In this document: one piece after another, positions 1 through 9,405 of the stretch
How the letters are laid out: every line of letters begins with the position of its first letter
Numbering within the stretch: the first letter of the stretch is position 1
Assembly: GCA_051439505.1 (NCBI GenBank)
Contig: JBFRWI010000009.1
Coordinates: 25,813-89,812, forward strand
Direction of reading: 5' to 3'
Origin: Hormoscilla sp.
Lineage (GTDB): Bacteria > Cyanobacteriota > Cyanobacteriia > Cyanobacteriales > Desertifilaceae
Length of the DNA: 64,000 bases
Notes under the pieces: model-generated
The model's input: only the letters and a program-made list of their open reading frames with translations
Databases searched by the model: none
What the model was told of the DNA's origin: nothing
Made by a program: the position numbers and the translations under genes

Positions 1-20
1 GCAACGCCAAATTAACAAGA

Positions 21-419
21 TTAGGGAGAATTTTTGAGGATGGCGAGGGCCCGATCGAAGGGAAATTCCCTGGCCCGAGTTTGCATAATTGCTTGCACAA
101 TGTCGAGAAAATTACAGTCAACATTGTTGTCGGCGTGGATAATTTTGCTAGCAGGATGTTTAGATGGGGTTGTGTGATTTTCAAAAGTAAAACCGGTTTC
201 TAGTCCGGGTTGGTGTTGATGCCAGGTAAGACATTGACCTCGCAAGGTAAACTGAAACCAGATAACTTCATTGTCGAGCAAATCAAAAAATACGTCAAAA
301 TAAGGCTCTTCCCCTTGATACCAAATTCGCTCGCTCTGATTGGACTTGGCAGTTTTTAAGAGTTTGCGATCGATCCGGCGCAGAGTGGCCCCAAGGGCCC
401 TAATCTCATTTTGATTCAT
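21..419 (-). CDS. conserved hypothetical protein
   Basis: 132-aa ATG ORF with plausible globular sequence (WYQGEEPYFDVFF..WFQFTLRG); no motif recognised. Confidence 0.6.
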   Translation of the reverse strand: MNQNEIRALGATLRRIDRKLLKTAKSNQSERIWYQGEEPYFDVFFDLLDNEVIWFQFTLRGQCLTWHQHQPGLETGFTFENHTTPSKHPASKIIHADNNVDCNFLDIVQAIMQTRAREFPFDRALAILKNSP

Positions 420-420
420 G

Positions 421-472
421 GGTTGTCAGTTGTCAGTTATAAGTTGTAAGTTGTAAGTGGTCAGCTATCAGC
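421..472. repeat. 7-bp short tandem repeat (STRR-like)
   Basis: gttgtca gttgtca gttataa gttgtaa gttgtaa gtggtca gctatca. Confidence 0.7.
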
Positions 473-515
473 GTTATGGTAGCGATCGCTATTGCGGTTT
501 CAAATCTCAACTATT

Positions 516-1088
516 ATGACTGATTGTCGTAAGGGACGTATTTTGGCAGCGATCTGCCTGTTCGTGTTGTCTGTCACCCTGAGCTGGATGCCGTTGCTGG
601 GAACGCCACCGGCGCTAGCGGGGATTAATGATGATAAGTTTGATGGCAATATCTTTGCTCTCTATGGCGGCAATGGTTCATTGATACCGCCGAAAGTGAC
701 ATTGGCGCAGGCCCTGAAGCGGGATAAACCCATCCTGCTGATGTTTTACGTGGAGGACAGTCGCGACTGCAAGCAATATTCGACTGTGGTTTCCCAACTT
801 CAGGCATCTTATGGGGTGCCCGCAGATTTTATCTTGATCGATGTGGATGCGATCTTGCCCAAATCGACCTATGAACCTACGGAACCGGGATATTATTATG
901 AAGGCTTGGTGCCTCAAACTCTGATTCTGGATTCCGCTGGTAAGGTGGTTTTTAAGGCTAGCGGCAATATCCCCTTTGAACGGGTGGATGATGCCTTCCG
1001 AAAGGTGTTTGATTTGTTGCCCCGATCGGAATCGGTCGAGTTAAGGCGGCGACCGGTGAATGAAATTAATGTGGAGTTGACTCAATAA
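516..1088 (+). CDS. thylakoid photosystem I accumulation factor-like thioredoxin-fold protein
   Basis: Signal peptide, then DDKFDGNIFALYGGNGSLIPP, FYVEDSRDCKQY, YYEGLVPQT, RPVNEINVEL; ATG at 516 preferred over TTG at 492. Confidence 0.75.
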   Translation: MTDCRKGRILAAICLFVLSVTLSWMPLLGTPPALAGINDDKFDGNIFALYGGNGSLIPPKVTLAQALKRDKPILLMFYVEDSRDCKQYSTVVSQLQASYGVPADFILIDVDAILPKSTYEPTEPGYYYEGLVPQTLILDSAGKVVFKASGNIPFERVDDAFRKVFDLLPRSESVELRRRPVNEINVELTQ

Positions 1089-1322
1089 CTGGGACGTTGC
1101 ATAATTATGGGGAGATTTGTCAAGGCGATCGTCCCATAATTGTGCAATCGGCCCCGGCTCGTCTCTTTGGATAACCAACAACTCCTCCATGCTGAAGGAG
1201 AACCTGCCATTTTGCCGATGGTTTCAGCGTCTACATCCGATGATAAGGGGTTGCTAATTGCTAATGTTAAATGATTGCTCTCTCTAGTCATTAGTAGTCC
1301 TGAATAGATGGATTTACTCTTG

Positions 1323-1356
1323 GCAATTAGCAATTAACAATTAGCAATTAGCAATT
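1323..1356. repeat. 7-bp STRR (CAATTAG)n
   Basis: About 5 tandem caattag/caattaa units; related tracts near 6932, 17610, 58680 and 63495. Confidence 0.7.
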
Positions 1357-1426
1357 TTAAACAATTGGCTGCTATCATCGGTAAAAATGTGCAACGCCTT
1401 AATGTTAAATTTTCCTGCTGTTAAAA

Positions 1427-3415
1427 TCAGGTTTCATCTTCAGCTAAAGTAATCAAGGCATCATCGAGAGTGAGATTTAGCTGCTGATGCAGACTGGGAA
1501 TTAAGTCAATACCAAAGTTTTTATTCTTATCCTCAGCTTGGGCACGAAGTTTTACACCAATACAGAGCTCGTCCCGGGCCAAAGCCGCCTCGACGCAGTC
1601 AGCAAAGGTAAGTTTGCTTAGTAGTTTGGGTGGAAAGTATAGGGACAGGGGCTTGATGTACAGTTCGCAGCCATTGATGTCGAATAAATGATTGTAGATT
1701 AACATCACATCAGGCTCTTGGGATGCCTGGGCTAAAATTTTAGACACAATTTGATTAGAAAGCAGGAAGTCTTTAACACCGGCTTTAATTACCAGGTCCG
1801 TGTCTTCAGAGTTAACTATCTCCGCAATTAATTCCGTGGTGATTTGCTGGCCCGTTTTCCGGCTATACTCTCGGAAAATTTGTCGCAGTTGCAGTAAGAC
1901 TGTCAGGGTCTTGGCATCAATTTCATCGGGGTTTTCCCCACTGCCAGCTAAAATGGGGATGCTGTTAAACTCATAGGGCTTTAAGTTCCACAGTTCCTCG
2001 ACTGAGTCTACATTCACCTGCATTGCTTCCATCCTGACATCGGGGTAGGATTTGGCTATCTGGTCAAATTCAGCTTGCATCTGCGGGGTTAAATCCTTCA
2101 CCGCCAGGTTTACTTGCGAACCACGCAAGGCGTATTGGGCATATTCTCTCAGGGCGATCGGGGCTTTCGGGTTCCAACCAATCAGCAGATGCTTTTCCGT
2201 TTGGCGAACTGCGCAGCGTCGATAGTCAGCATAGCCGAGGTTCCGAGGCCGTGCGAGAATTTCGGGATCAAACTTGATGGTCGAGTCATCTTCTGCGAGG
2301 ACAATAATTTCATCATCGTCAGCTAGCTGGTAATCTTTACTCGGTCTGAGGGAAATAGTGCCATCTGCATGACGCACCCCTAGGGGCATACTTCTGAGGA
2401 AATGAAAGATCGACTCACCGAAAGAGAGATTCGGCCAACCGGTGGAGGGGCGATAGAAATAAAATTCGTTTCCTTCAAAGCCCACCAAGTTTAAGTATAC
2501 TGCCGCTAGCCCCACGTTGCGGGAAGTCTGAACTAAAATCCGAGCTAAAATATCGGCTTCATTCAGAGTGGTGACTGCTCCGGGAGCAATGTTTTCCGCA
2601 AGAATGCGATATTGCCCTGAGTGTAATTCTACCACTATTGCTGGCAAGGAGGAGCCTTCCTCATTTGCTGCTACCACAGCCAGAATGGCCTTCACCACCC
2701 GAGCATCGGATAAAGTCTTGAATTCCTCGGGGTCCGATCCCTTGGCATCATTCAAGATAATCACAGATTTAGCCAGTTGGACTGCGACTTTATTCAGATT
2801 CTGCAAATTCGTGACTGCGCCATTTCTGGTAACTACTCTGGTAGTTTTGAGGTCTCCGATTTCATTGCGAATAAAATCATCCATATCCTCCTTATCTGCT
2901 TCCGACAGGATGACAACAACTGCATCTGGTTCTGATTCATTCGCCAACACTAACTCTGTAATAATATCTCCGCTCCGGTCATTGAATCCTAAAATTAAGG
3001 TATGGTTTTCTTCCACTACCATGCTTTTACCCTTGCGCAGCAATTGCAGTCGGGATTCAAATTCCTCAGTAATGAAGGCTACCAGACTGGAGAACAGCAC
3101 TAAGCCGACAAAAATCGCGATCACGCCCACCAGTTTGGCAGCAAAATTGGCATCGTCCCCCGTGTCTCTCAGCCCGATCAGCTGCACGAATATTTCCCAT
3201 GATAAATCAGATGAATTTTCAATATATTCATTGGGAAAAAAGACTTCTGCCAAGTAACGGCATATTGCCAGTAGCAAAAAGGCTACAAAAAAGGCTGACA
3301 ATAAAGCCAGAAATACTGACAAGCCCCCACGGGACATAAAGTTGTCAAATTTGTACTGGAGGCGATTTTGCCAGGAAACTTTGTTTGACGTTGACATACT
3401 ATTGTGTTTCTCCAC
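1427..3415 (-). CDS. CASTOR/POLLUX (DMI1)-related putative cation channel with tandem RCK domains
   Basis: RLQYKFDNFMSRG, TM-pore (RDTGD)-TM, LRKGKSMVVEENHTLILG, LVGFEGNEFY, second RCK (LLIGWN; DAKTLTVLLQLR; IAEIV; GCELYIKP). Confidence 0.85.
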   Translation of the reverse strand: MEKHNSMSTSNKVSWQNRLQYKFDNFMSRGGLSVFLALLSAFFVAFLLLAICRYLAEVFFPNEYIENSSDLSWEIFVQLIGLRDTGDDANFAAKLVGVIAIFVGLVLFSSLVAFITEEFESRLQLLRKGKSMVVEENHTLILGFNDRSGDIITELVLANESEPDAVVVILSEADKEDMDDFIRNEIGDLKTTRVVTRNGAVTNLQNLNKVAVQLAKSVIILNDAKGSDPEEFKTLSDARVVKAILAVVAANEEGSSLPAIVVELHSGQYRILAENIAPGAVTTLNEADILARILVQTSRNVGLAAVYLNLVGFEGNEFYFYRPSTGWPNLSFGESIFHFLRSMPLGVRHADGTISLRPSKDYQLADDDEIIVLAEDDSTIKFDPEILARPRNLGYADYRRCAVRQTEKHLLIGWNPKAPIALREYAQYALRGSQVNLAVKDLTPQMQAEFDQIAKSYPDVRMEAMQVNVDSVEELWNLKPYEFNSIPILAGSGENPDEIDAKTLTVLLQLRQIFREYSRKTGQQITTELIAEIVNSEDTDLVIKAGVKDFLLSNQIVSKILAQASQEPDVMLIYNHLFDINGCELYIKPLSLYFPPKLLSKLTFADCVEAALARDELCIGVKLRAQAEDKNKNFGIDLIPSLHQQLNLTLDDALITLAEDET

Positions 3416-3557
3416 GATCGGATACCATCGGTTTGGGGGTAGTATAGAGGAATTGACTACCTCCAGTCAAGTCGGGGTATTTTGGTGCTACTTGACAAAG
3501 AAAGGGTTACGCTAGGGTAGCAGGGTACTCACCAGTATAGTACCCGATCGCCATGAA

Positions 3558-4676
3558 ATGACACCAGACGAAGAGAAATTTATGACTAAGAGAAGGCCAC
3601 GCCCGTCTATCGGTTTTTTAGCAGGAGTGCTATTCCTGAGTGCGACCGCCTGTGGCGGCAATCAAAAGCAAAATACTACTACCCAGATAGTTGCACCACC
3701 CCCAGAAGAACGATTGAGTAACTATGTACTGGCCGATGGTTCCAGTACCGTCTTCCCGATCGCGGAAGCCATGGCACAAAAGTTTATGAAAGCTAATCCG
3801 ACAATTGGGGTAACGGTGGGCATATCCAGTTCGGGAGTGGGGTTCAAGAAGTTCTGCATTGGAGACACTGATATCTCTAACGCTTCTCGTCCCATTAAGA
3901 AATCCGAGATCGCATTTTGTGAGGCCAACAAAATTGAGTACGTGGAAATTCCCGTGGCCTTCGATGCGATCGCGGTGGCGGTCAACCGCTACAATGACTG
4001 GACAAGCTGCCTTACCCCACAGCAGTTGGGCAAAATTTGGGAACCTGCTGCAGAAGGGGAAGTAGTCAACTGGCAGCAGATCTCAGAGGAGTACCCCGAT
4101 GTACGTCTGGGTCTCTATGGTGCTGAAAGTGATTCCGGTACCTACGATTACTTTACCGATGCTATCACGGGGGAAGAGGGTAAAAGCCGCAGTGACTACA
4201 CCGCTAGTCCCGATGATATCGTCACCATTCAGGGGATCGAGTCGGAGTATGGCTCTTTGGGATTTATCAGCTTGTCTTCCTATGAAAAAAACAAGGATGC
4301 TTTAAACTTGATTGCCATTGAAAATGAAAGCGGCGAATGCACCGAACCAAGCCCAGAGACGATCGGCAAAGGCACCTACAATCCCTTGGCACGTCCCTTA
4401 TTGCTATATATCAACAAGGAGTCTCTAGAAAAAATACCTGCGGTCAAAGCCTTTGTTGAGTACCTTCTCAATGCTGAACACCAAGCTGTAATCTCAGAAG
4501 CAGGATATGTACCTTTGCCAGAGAATCTGTTACTAAAAGTGCGGGAACGGATTGCCGATCGCATCACTGGTTCAATGTTTGTAGATGGGTCTTCAGTTGG
4601 TGTCGATTTATCAGAGAAGCTGTCGGAAACAAAAAAGAACAAACCAATAAACAGCCCTGAATCTAACGGTAATTGA
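3558..4676 (+). CDS. PstS-family periplasmic substrate-binding lipoprotein (orphan, divergent)
   Basis: Lipobox ATAC, DGSSTVFP, DISNASRPIK, DSGTYDYF, YNPLARPLLLY; no pstCAB in window. Confidence 0.85.
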   Translation: MTPDEEKFMTKRRPRPSIGFLAGVLFLSATACGGNQKQNTTTQIVAPPPEERLSNYVLADGSSTVFPIAEAMAQKFMKANPTIGVTVGISSSGVGFKKFCIGDTDISNASRPIKKSEIAFCEANKIEYVEIPVAFDAIAVAVNRYNDWTSCLTPQQLGKIWEPAAEGEVVNWQQISEEYPDVRLGLYGAESDSGTYDYFTDAITGEEGKSRSDYTASPDDIVTIQGIESEYGSLGFISLSSYEKNKDALNLIAIENESGECTEPSPETIGKGTYNPLARPLLLYINKESLEKIPAVKAFVEYLLNAEHQAVISEAGYVPLPENLLLKVRERIADRITGSMFVDGSSVGVDLSEKLSETKKNKPINSPESNGN

Positions 4677-4700
4677 TTAGTCTCATCTCGCACTGGGTAT

Positions 4701-4742
4701 AGGAAACCCGGTTTTTTGCTCGTACCGGGTTTCCGAGTTTCC
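4701..4742. repeat. palindromic REP-like hairpin, possible terminator between convergent genes
   Basis: ggaaacccgg ttttttgctcgta ccgggtttcc. Confidence 0.5.
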
Positions 4743-4758
4743 CCAGGGAGAATCTCAA

Positions 4759-6927
4759 TCAAGCAAATACCAAAATCGTGATTACCAGCAATGTCTTCAG
4801 AAGTGTAGGCCAGTAAAGCAACTTTGATATCAAGTTATCCTTATACTTGATGAAAGGAGCGTTAGGATGAGAGAGCAACAGGATAGCATTAACTGCCACC
4901 AGGAAAATGTAAAAATAGATCACGAAGTAGAAATACTCGAAGTAAAGAATTCCTTTCGTGACGATCTGTTCTCTCACGGCGATCTGGTCGAGGATGACAA
5001 TAAAGACAAAACCAGCACAAGCTGCCAAAACCTCCGATGCCTTCTCCTCATCGGCGATCAGCAGCATCGCAAAGAGCAGAGTGACGACAACGAAGAGTGG
5101 TCCGACTCTCGAAATAAACGGACCGATGAAATCCCTTTGCAGCACGATCGTGAAATTCAGTTCGGGAAAGTTAGTTTTGAACACATTACTTTTGATGCCA
5201 AAATTGGTATCATAGGTTTTGAACCTGTACTCGAAAAAACTATCACTCAGATTCCAGTTGCCCAAGACAATATCTTTATCTACACCAGGTTTAGTTCTGG
5301 GATTGATCACTTGGTAGCCCCCGAGGTCTGGAACCAGAATTACCTGGCGGTTTAATTCCCGACGATTAAAGTCCTGGTGTAATAACCTAATCTTGACATC
5401 TTTATAGTCAAAGGGATAATTGGAAAAATCTAAGTCCTGACGCAAGGTAGCTTCAACATACCAACCAATCACCTCAACATCATCATTTTCCTCCTGGTGG
5501 CGATAAGCTTCCGTCACTTCCAAATCATTGGCATCAATAGCATCGGGTAGGATAAAACCACGCTCCAACTCATCATGGATTCCCTCCTGGTATTCCTGCC
5601 AGATATAGCCAGTCACGAATACGTCGTTAGAACTGGTAAAATCCAGGGACTGAATATAAACTCCCGTGGGTACTAACAGCGGTGGTTTCTGGTTTAATTT
5701 GGCGCTTAACTCAACTTGAGGAAGCAATAACTGATCTACGCCAGTCTCATTCAGCAGCAGATTCCGAGTCGAGGTATAGGTACGTGTTTTGATCGCCAAA
5801 CTCCAGATAAATCCGATTTCTGCTATAAACAACAGGCTGGCAGTAGAGGATAGTACACTAAGACGCTTGACAGTACCCTTGTCAGTCCGGAATAGGAGGA
5901 CAAAGAGAAACACGAAAAACCACACAAATGCCAGACTGAGGAAGATGAGTTGGCGTCGCGTGGTTTGGTTGTCGGGCAAAACTTCGTCCTGAATAAAGAC
6001 TACTCCCACCACCCATCCATTCTGATTTGCTTGTCGCAGGAATACCCAGGAATTTTGACCCGTGATGTTATCGCTCAAATCTGCTTCTACCGGTTCGCCA
6101 CGCAAGGCTCTCGCTACTAAATCTACTAAAGGACGAACTTGTGATTCGTTGCGATCGTATACGAGATCGAAGATGTTTGCCTGACTTTTGACATACTCTT
6201 CATTGGGATGATAGAGAAAATTTCCCGTCCGAGAAACTAGAAAGCCGTAGCCAGTTTTGCCGAGATCGAGGGACTTGACTATATCTGAGATCGTCTCCAC
6301 AGAATAGTCGGCGTAGACTATTCCTCGCGGACGCTGCTTGCGATCTCCTCGACTATAAAAAGGCGCTAAATATCCCACTGCTGGCTGATTGAATAAAGAA
6401 TTGTCCTGCCAAAAGTATGGTTCTCCCCAATGAGCCCCCTTGCTGAGAGTGTTCCGATACCAAGCATACTTAGGGCGAGTGTAGTTGTATTTAACTTCCA
6501 GGGATTGCAGTTCGCCGTTTAATCTGGCATAATAGGGCGCATACAGCATCACATTCGGATCGTAGGCGCGCGGTTCATAGGCAAGGCCCACATCTAAAAG
6601 CTGAGGCTTTTTCTCCAGTTCTGCTTTGAGTCGGCTTAATACCTGGGCGTCATTTAATCTGCCCGAAGTCAAATCGTTGGCGATCGCCAGGGTTGTGTCT
6701 TTAGCCACACGCAGTTCTCGGTCAATCTCCAAAGCCGCCCGGACTGTTTGTCGCTTGGCTGTTTTTCTCGCCTCTGAGATTATTCGCTGCTGTTCTCGCG
6801 AGTACAAAAACAGCCCGCCTGTCGCCAAGACGAAAGTGGTGGCGCAGAGGAGCAATGACGTGTAAAATGTCAGTTGTTGCCACGGTTTCTGTTTCTGTTT
6901 CTGTTTCTTTTTGACTTTCTGTTTCAT
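4759..6927 (-). CDS. dCache domain fused to pentameric ligand-gated ion channel (pLGIC) domain
   Basis: N-terminal TM; Cache motifs (WY..WGEPY; GKTGYGFLVSRTGNFLYHPN); 2 TMs; beta-rich extracellular domain with Pro-loop DFSNYPFD; LNFTIVLQR then 4 C-terminal TM helices. Confidence 0.75.
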   Translation of the reverse strand: MKQKVKKKQKQKQKPWQQLTFYTSLLLCATTFVLATGGLFLYSREQQRIISEARKTAKRQTVRAALEIDRELRVAKDTTLAIANDLTSGRLNDAQVLSRLKAELEKKPQLLDVGLAYEPRAYDPNVMLYAPYYARLNGELQSLEVKYNYTRPKYAWYRNTLSKGAHWGEPYFWQDNSLFNQPAVGYLAPFYSRGDRKQRPRGIVYADYSVETISDIVKSLDLGKTGYGFLVSRTGNFLYHPNEEYVKSQANIFDLVYDRNESQVRPLVDLVARALRGEPVEADLSDNITGQNSWVFLRQANQNGWVVGVVFIQDEVLPDNQTTRRQLIFLSLAFVWFFVFLFVLLFRTDKGTVKRLSVLSSTASLLFIAEIGFIWSLAIKTRTYTSTRNLLLNETGVDQLLLPQVELSAKLNQKPPLLVPTGVYIQSLDFTSSNDVFVTGYIWQEYQEGIHDELERGFILPDAIDANDLEVTEAYRHQEENDDVEVIGWYVEATLRQDLDFSNYPFDYKDVKIRLLHQDFNRRELNRQVILVPDLGGYQVINPRTKPGVDKDIVLGNWNLSDSFFEYRFKTYDTNFGIKSNVFKTNFPELNFTIVLQRDFIGPFISRVGPLFVVVTLLFAMLLIADEEKASEVLAACAGFVFIVILDQIAVREQIVTKGILYFEYFYFVIYFYIFLVAVNAILLLSHPNAPFIKYKDNLISKLLYWPTLLKTLLVITILVFA

Positions 6928-6981
6928 TCTGTTAATTGCTAATTGCTAATTTACCGATTCTCAATTTTAAATTCTCCATTC

Positions 6982-8157
6982 TCAAAAACCACTGATGTTG
7001 ATTAAAAACCCAAACACAGCACCACCCAAAACTAGCCATGCTGCGTTAATTTGAAAGCGAATGGCTCCAATAGCTGCGGCAATAGCAATGAGGATAGTTG
7101 CTATATCAATCAGGGTACCTCGTGCCAACTGAATTGTCACCACTGCCATTAAGGCTACGGCCCCAGCATTGACCGCATCTAAAAATGCTGATGTCCACTT
7201 GGATGCCCGCAAGCGGGGAATCAGGGGATTTAAGGCAGCAACAAATAAAAATGAGGGCAGGAATATTCCCATTGTCGCAACTGCGGCACCAGGTAAACCA
7301 GCAATTAGGTAGCCAATGAATGTAGATGTGGAAAGCACCGGACCTGGGGTGAATTGACCGATCGCGATCGCATCCAGCAGTTGCTGCTGAGTCAACCAAC
7401 CATAGTCTCTGACCAAGCCATTTTCCAGAAAGGCCACCAGGACATAGCCACTACCAAATAAAATGCTTCCCACCTTCAGGAAAAATAACCCCAACTGCCA
7501 CAATGGCACCTGAGTTGCAGTCTTAGCAGCAACTGAGATCGCGGTTATGTCTGACAGGGCCGCACTGCTAGTTAACCCCAGGGCTACCAAGGCAGTATTC
7601 TGATGATTATCTCCTGCCGCCAGTCGCAGGCCGATCGTCCCCAAAACTCCCCCCAATAATAGCGCTGCTACCTGGTTTAATCCTAAGAATAGGGAAATGG
7701 CTACGCCCAAGGCAATAATGAGCAATTTCCAGTTTTTCACTGCCTTTTTCCCCAGACGCCACAAAGCATTCAAGATAATTGCCAGCACAGCAGGTTTAAT
7801 GCCGTAAAGTAAAGGAGCAACTTGGGGTAGAGTGCCAAAGGAGACATAAACCCAGGCCAGGATAGCAGTGATAGAAACTGCTGGGAGAATAAAACAGACC
7901 CCTGACACCACCAAACCGGGCAAACCTTTATAGATATAGCCGACATGGATGGCCATTTCGGTGGAATTGGGACCGGGAATGAGGTTGGTAGCACCAATTA
8001 AATCCAGGAAATGTTCCCTGGTTAACCACTGGCGTTTTTTGACGACCTCCTCCTCCATCATGGCAATGTGGGCGGCGGGGCCACCGAAGCCGATCGCCCC
8101 TAGTTTCAGAAATAATTTTGCCAGTTCGCCCAGATGCCCTTGATTTGAGTTTCTCAT
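6982..8157 (-). CDS. chrA: chromate efflux transporter (CHR family)
   Basis: LKLGAIGFGGP, IPGPNSTE, FGSGY, GQFTPGP; ATG at 8157 avoids overlap with the upstream gene. Confidence 0.9.
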   Translation of the reverse strand: MRNSNQGHLGELAKLFLKLGAIGFGGPAAHIAMMEEEVVKKRQWLTREHFLDLIGATNLIPGPNSTEMAIHVGYIYKGLPGLVVSGVCFILPAVSITAILAWVYVSFGTLPQVAPLLYGIKPAVLAIILNALWRLGKKAVKNWKLLIIALGVAISLFLGLNQVAALLLGGVLGTIGLRLAAGDNHQNTALVALGLTSSAALSDITAISVAAKTATQVPLWQLGLFFLKVGSILFGSGYVLVAFLENGLVRDYGWLTQQQLLDAIAIGQFTPGPVLSTSTFIGYLIAGLPGAAVATMGIFLPSFLFVAALNPLIPRLRASKWTSAFLDAVNAGAVALMAVVTIQLARGTLIDIATILIAIAAAIGAIRFQINAAWLVLGGAVFGFLINISGF

Positions 8158-8200
8158 CACTTTCCTCACAAGCGCAAAGCGTGCTGACGGGTGAACATGT

Positions 8201-9274
8201 CTAAAGCTGCGACATAGGATCGAGGGTAAGCAGGCGGCTAATTTCATCAGTTTGAAAACCTAAAGCCATGGGTCGGCGTACCCCTGGTAGAACCTGCACG
8301 TCATATAATTCTGTAATCACCCCTTCTAGCCTGAGCCAATGGACGATCGCACCAGTGTGAATATCAATTACCATTAAACCACAGCGAGGTTCGGCATCTT
8401 TAGCGATTAACCGCTCGTCTAATGCTAACCCCGAAAAAGTTTTATCTCCTCCCCGGGGCTTCGACAAGCCCGCGATCGCATAATTCCCCCAAAAAGTCAA
8501 GCCCCGCAGATAGCCAGGACAGAAAGCAACTGGTTCAAACCGTCCAGTTTGCAAGTCCCCATAGCCAAACTCGCCAGTACCCGAATTGTGCAGCCACAAC
8601 TTTCCCTGATACCATCGAGGGGAGTGGGGCATGGACAAACCAGTGAGAATAATTTCGTTAGACTGTAACTCTAGCACGCAACCGCCCGATCGCCTTTTAT
8701 CCCGCCAACCATCCACCACATCCGATCGACTACAGACCGTCACAAAACCAGGTTTGCCCTCTACCATAGCCAAACCATTCAGATGACAGCGGTCTTCATT
8801 CACCAGTTGAGAAATAAACGGCGGTTTCCATAAGGGAGTGCAACTATGGCGCTGACTCACCGTCGCCAGACAATTCAACAGACTACTGACAAAAATCACC
8901 CGCCCAGTGCTATCTACTACCAGATCGTGGATATCCAAATCCCCAGTACTGTAGCCAATACGGGGCACGTAAAGTTTGTCGTAACCGTTGTATAATTGCC
9001 CCGCAGACAGCACATTATCGAACTGCCACAGCTGATATTTAGAACTCATATACAAGCGTTCTGTGGTAGCATATAAACCCATCGCCCGATCGAACAGGCG
9101 CTCAAATCCAGAAATTCTTCCTTCCGGATTAACTCCTAGGAGAATGAGTCGCGAGGTTTGATAGGTAGTCAGGGCGAAGCAGATCTGCTGCCCAGTCATC
9201 CAGTCGAGTAACTGGCGAGAACAGAATACTTCCAGAGGTGGAGATGCTTTTGTTACTGGTTGCAATTGATTCAT
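8201..9274 (-). CDS. TIGR03032 family (DUF4915) protein
   Basis: TTYQ, FDRAMGL, TGDLDIHD, EDRCHLNGLAM, GLSMPHSPRWY, FCPGYLRG, ELYDV. Confidence 0.85.
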   Translation of the reverse strand: MNQLQPVTKASPPLEVFCSRQLLDWMTGQQICFALTTYQTSRLILLGVNPEGRISGFERLFDRAMGLYATTERLYMSSKYQLWQFDNVLSAGQLYNGYDKLYVPRIGYSTGDLDIHDLVVDSTGRVIFVSSLLNCLATVSQRHSCTPLWKPPFISQLVNEDRCHLNGLAMVEGKPGFVTVCSRSDVVDGWRDKRRSGGCVLELQSNEIILTGLSMPHSPRWYQGKLWLHNSGTGEFGYGDLQTGRFEPVAFCPGYLRGLTFWGNYAIAGLSKPRGGDKTFSGLALDERLIAKDAEPRCGLMVIDIHTGAIVHWLRLEGVITELYDVQVLPGVRRPMALGFQTDEISRLLTLDPMSQL

Positions 9275-9325
9275 TCACCTGATATATCCTGTTGCCTGGG
9301 GGGCGAGCATCGGTCCTGTGATGGC

Positions 9326-9398
9326 TAGAAACCCCGGGTTTCTTGCCCATCTGAACAGGATATTTCAATGCTCTCACGCCCAAAAACCCGGTTTCTTA
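9326..9398. repeat. REP-like doublet (AGAAACC(C/G)GGTTTCT family)
   Basis: Two palindromes about 60 bp apart: agaaaccccgggtttct and aaaacccggtttct. Confidence 0.6.
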
Positions 9399-9405
9399 AC
9401 CGACA

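Noticed and set aside
2568..3257. 229-aa ORF and many other antisense ORFs in the track
   Set aside because: Shadows of well-supported genes on the opposite strand; no motifs
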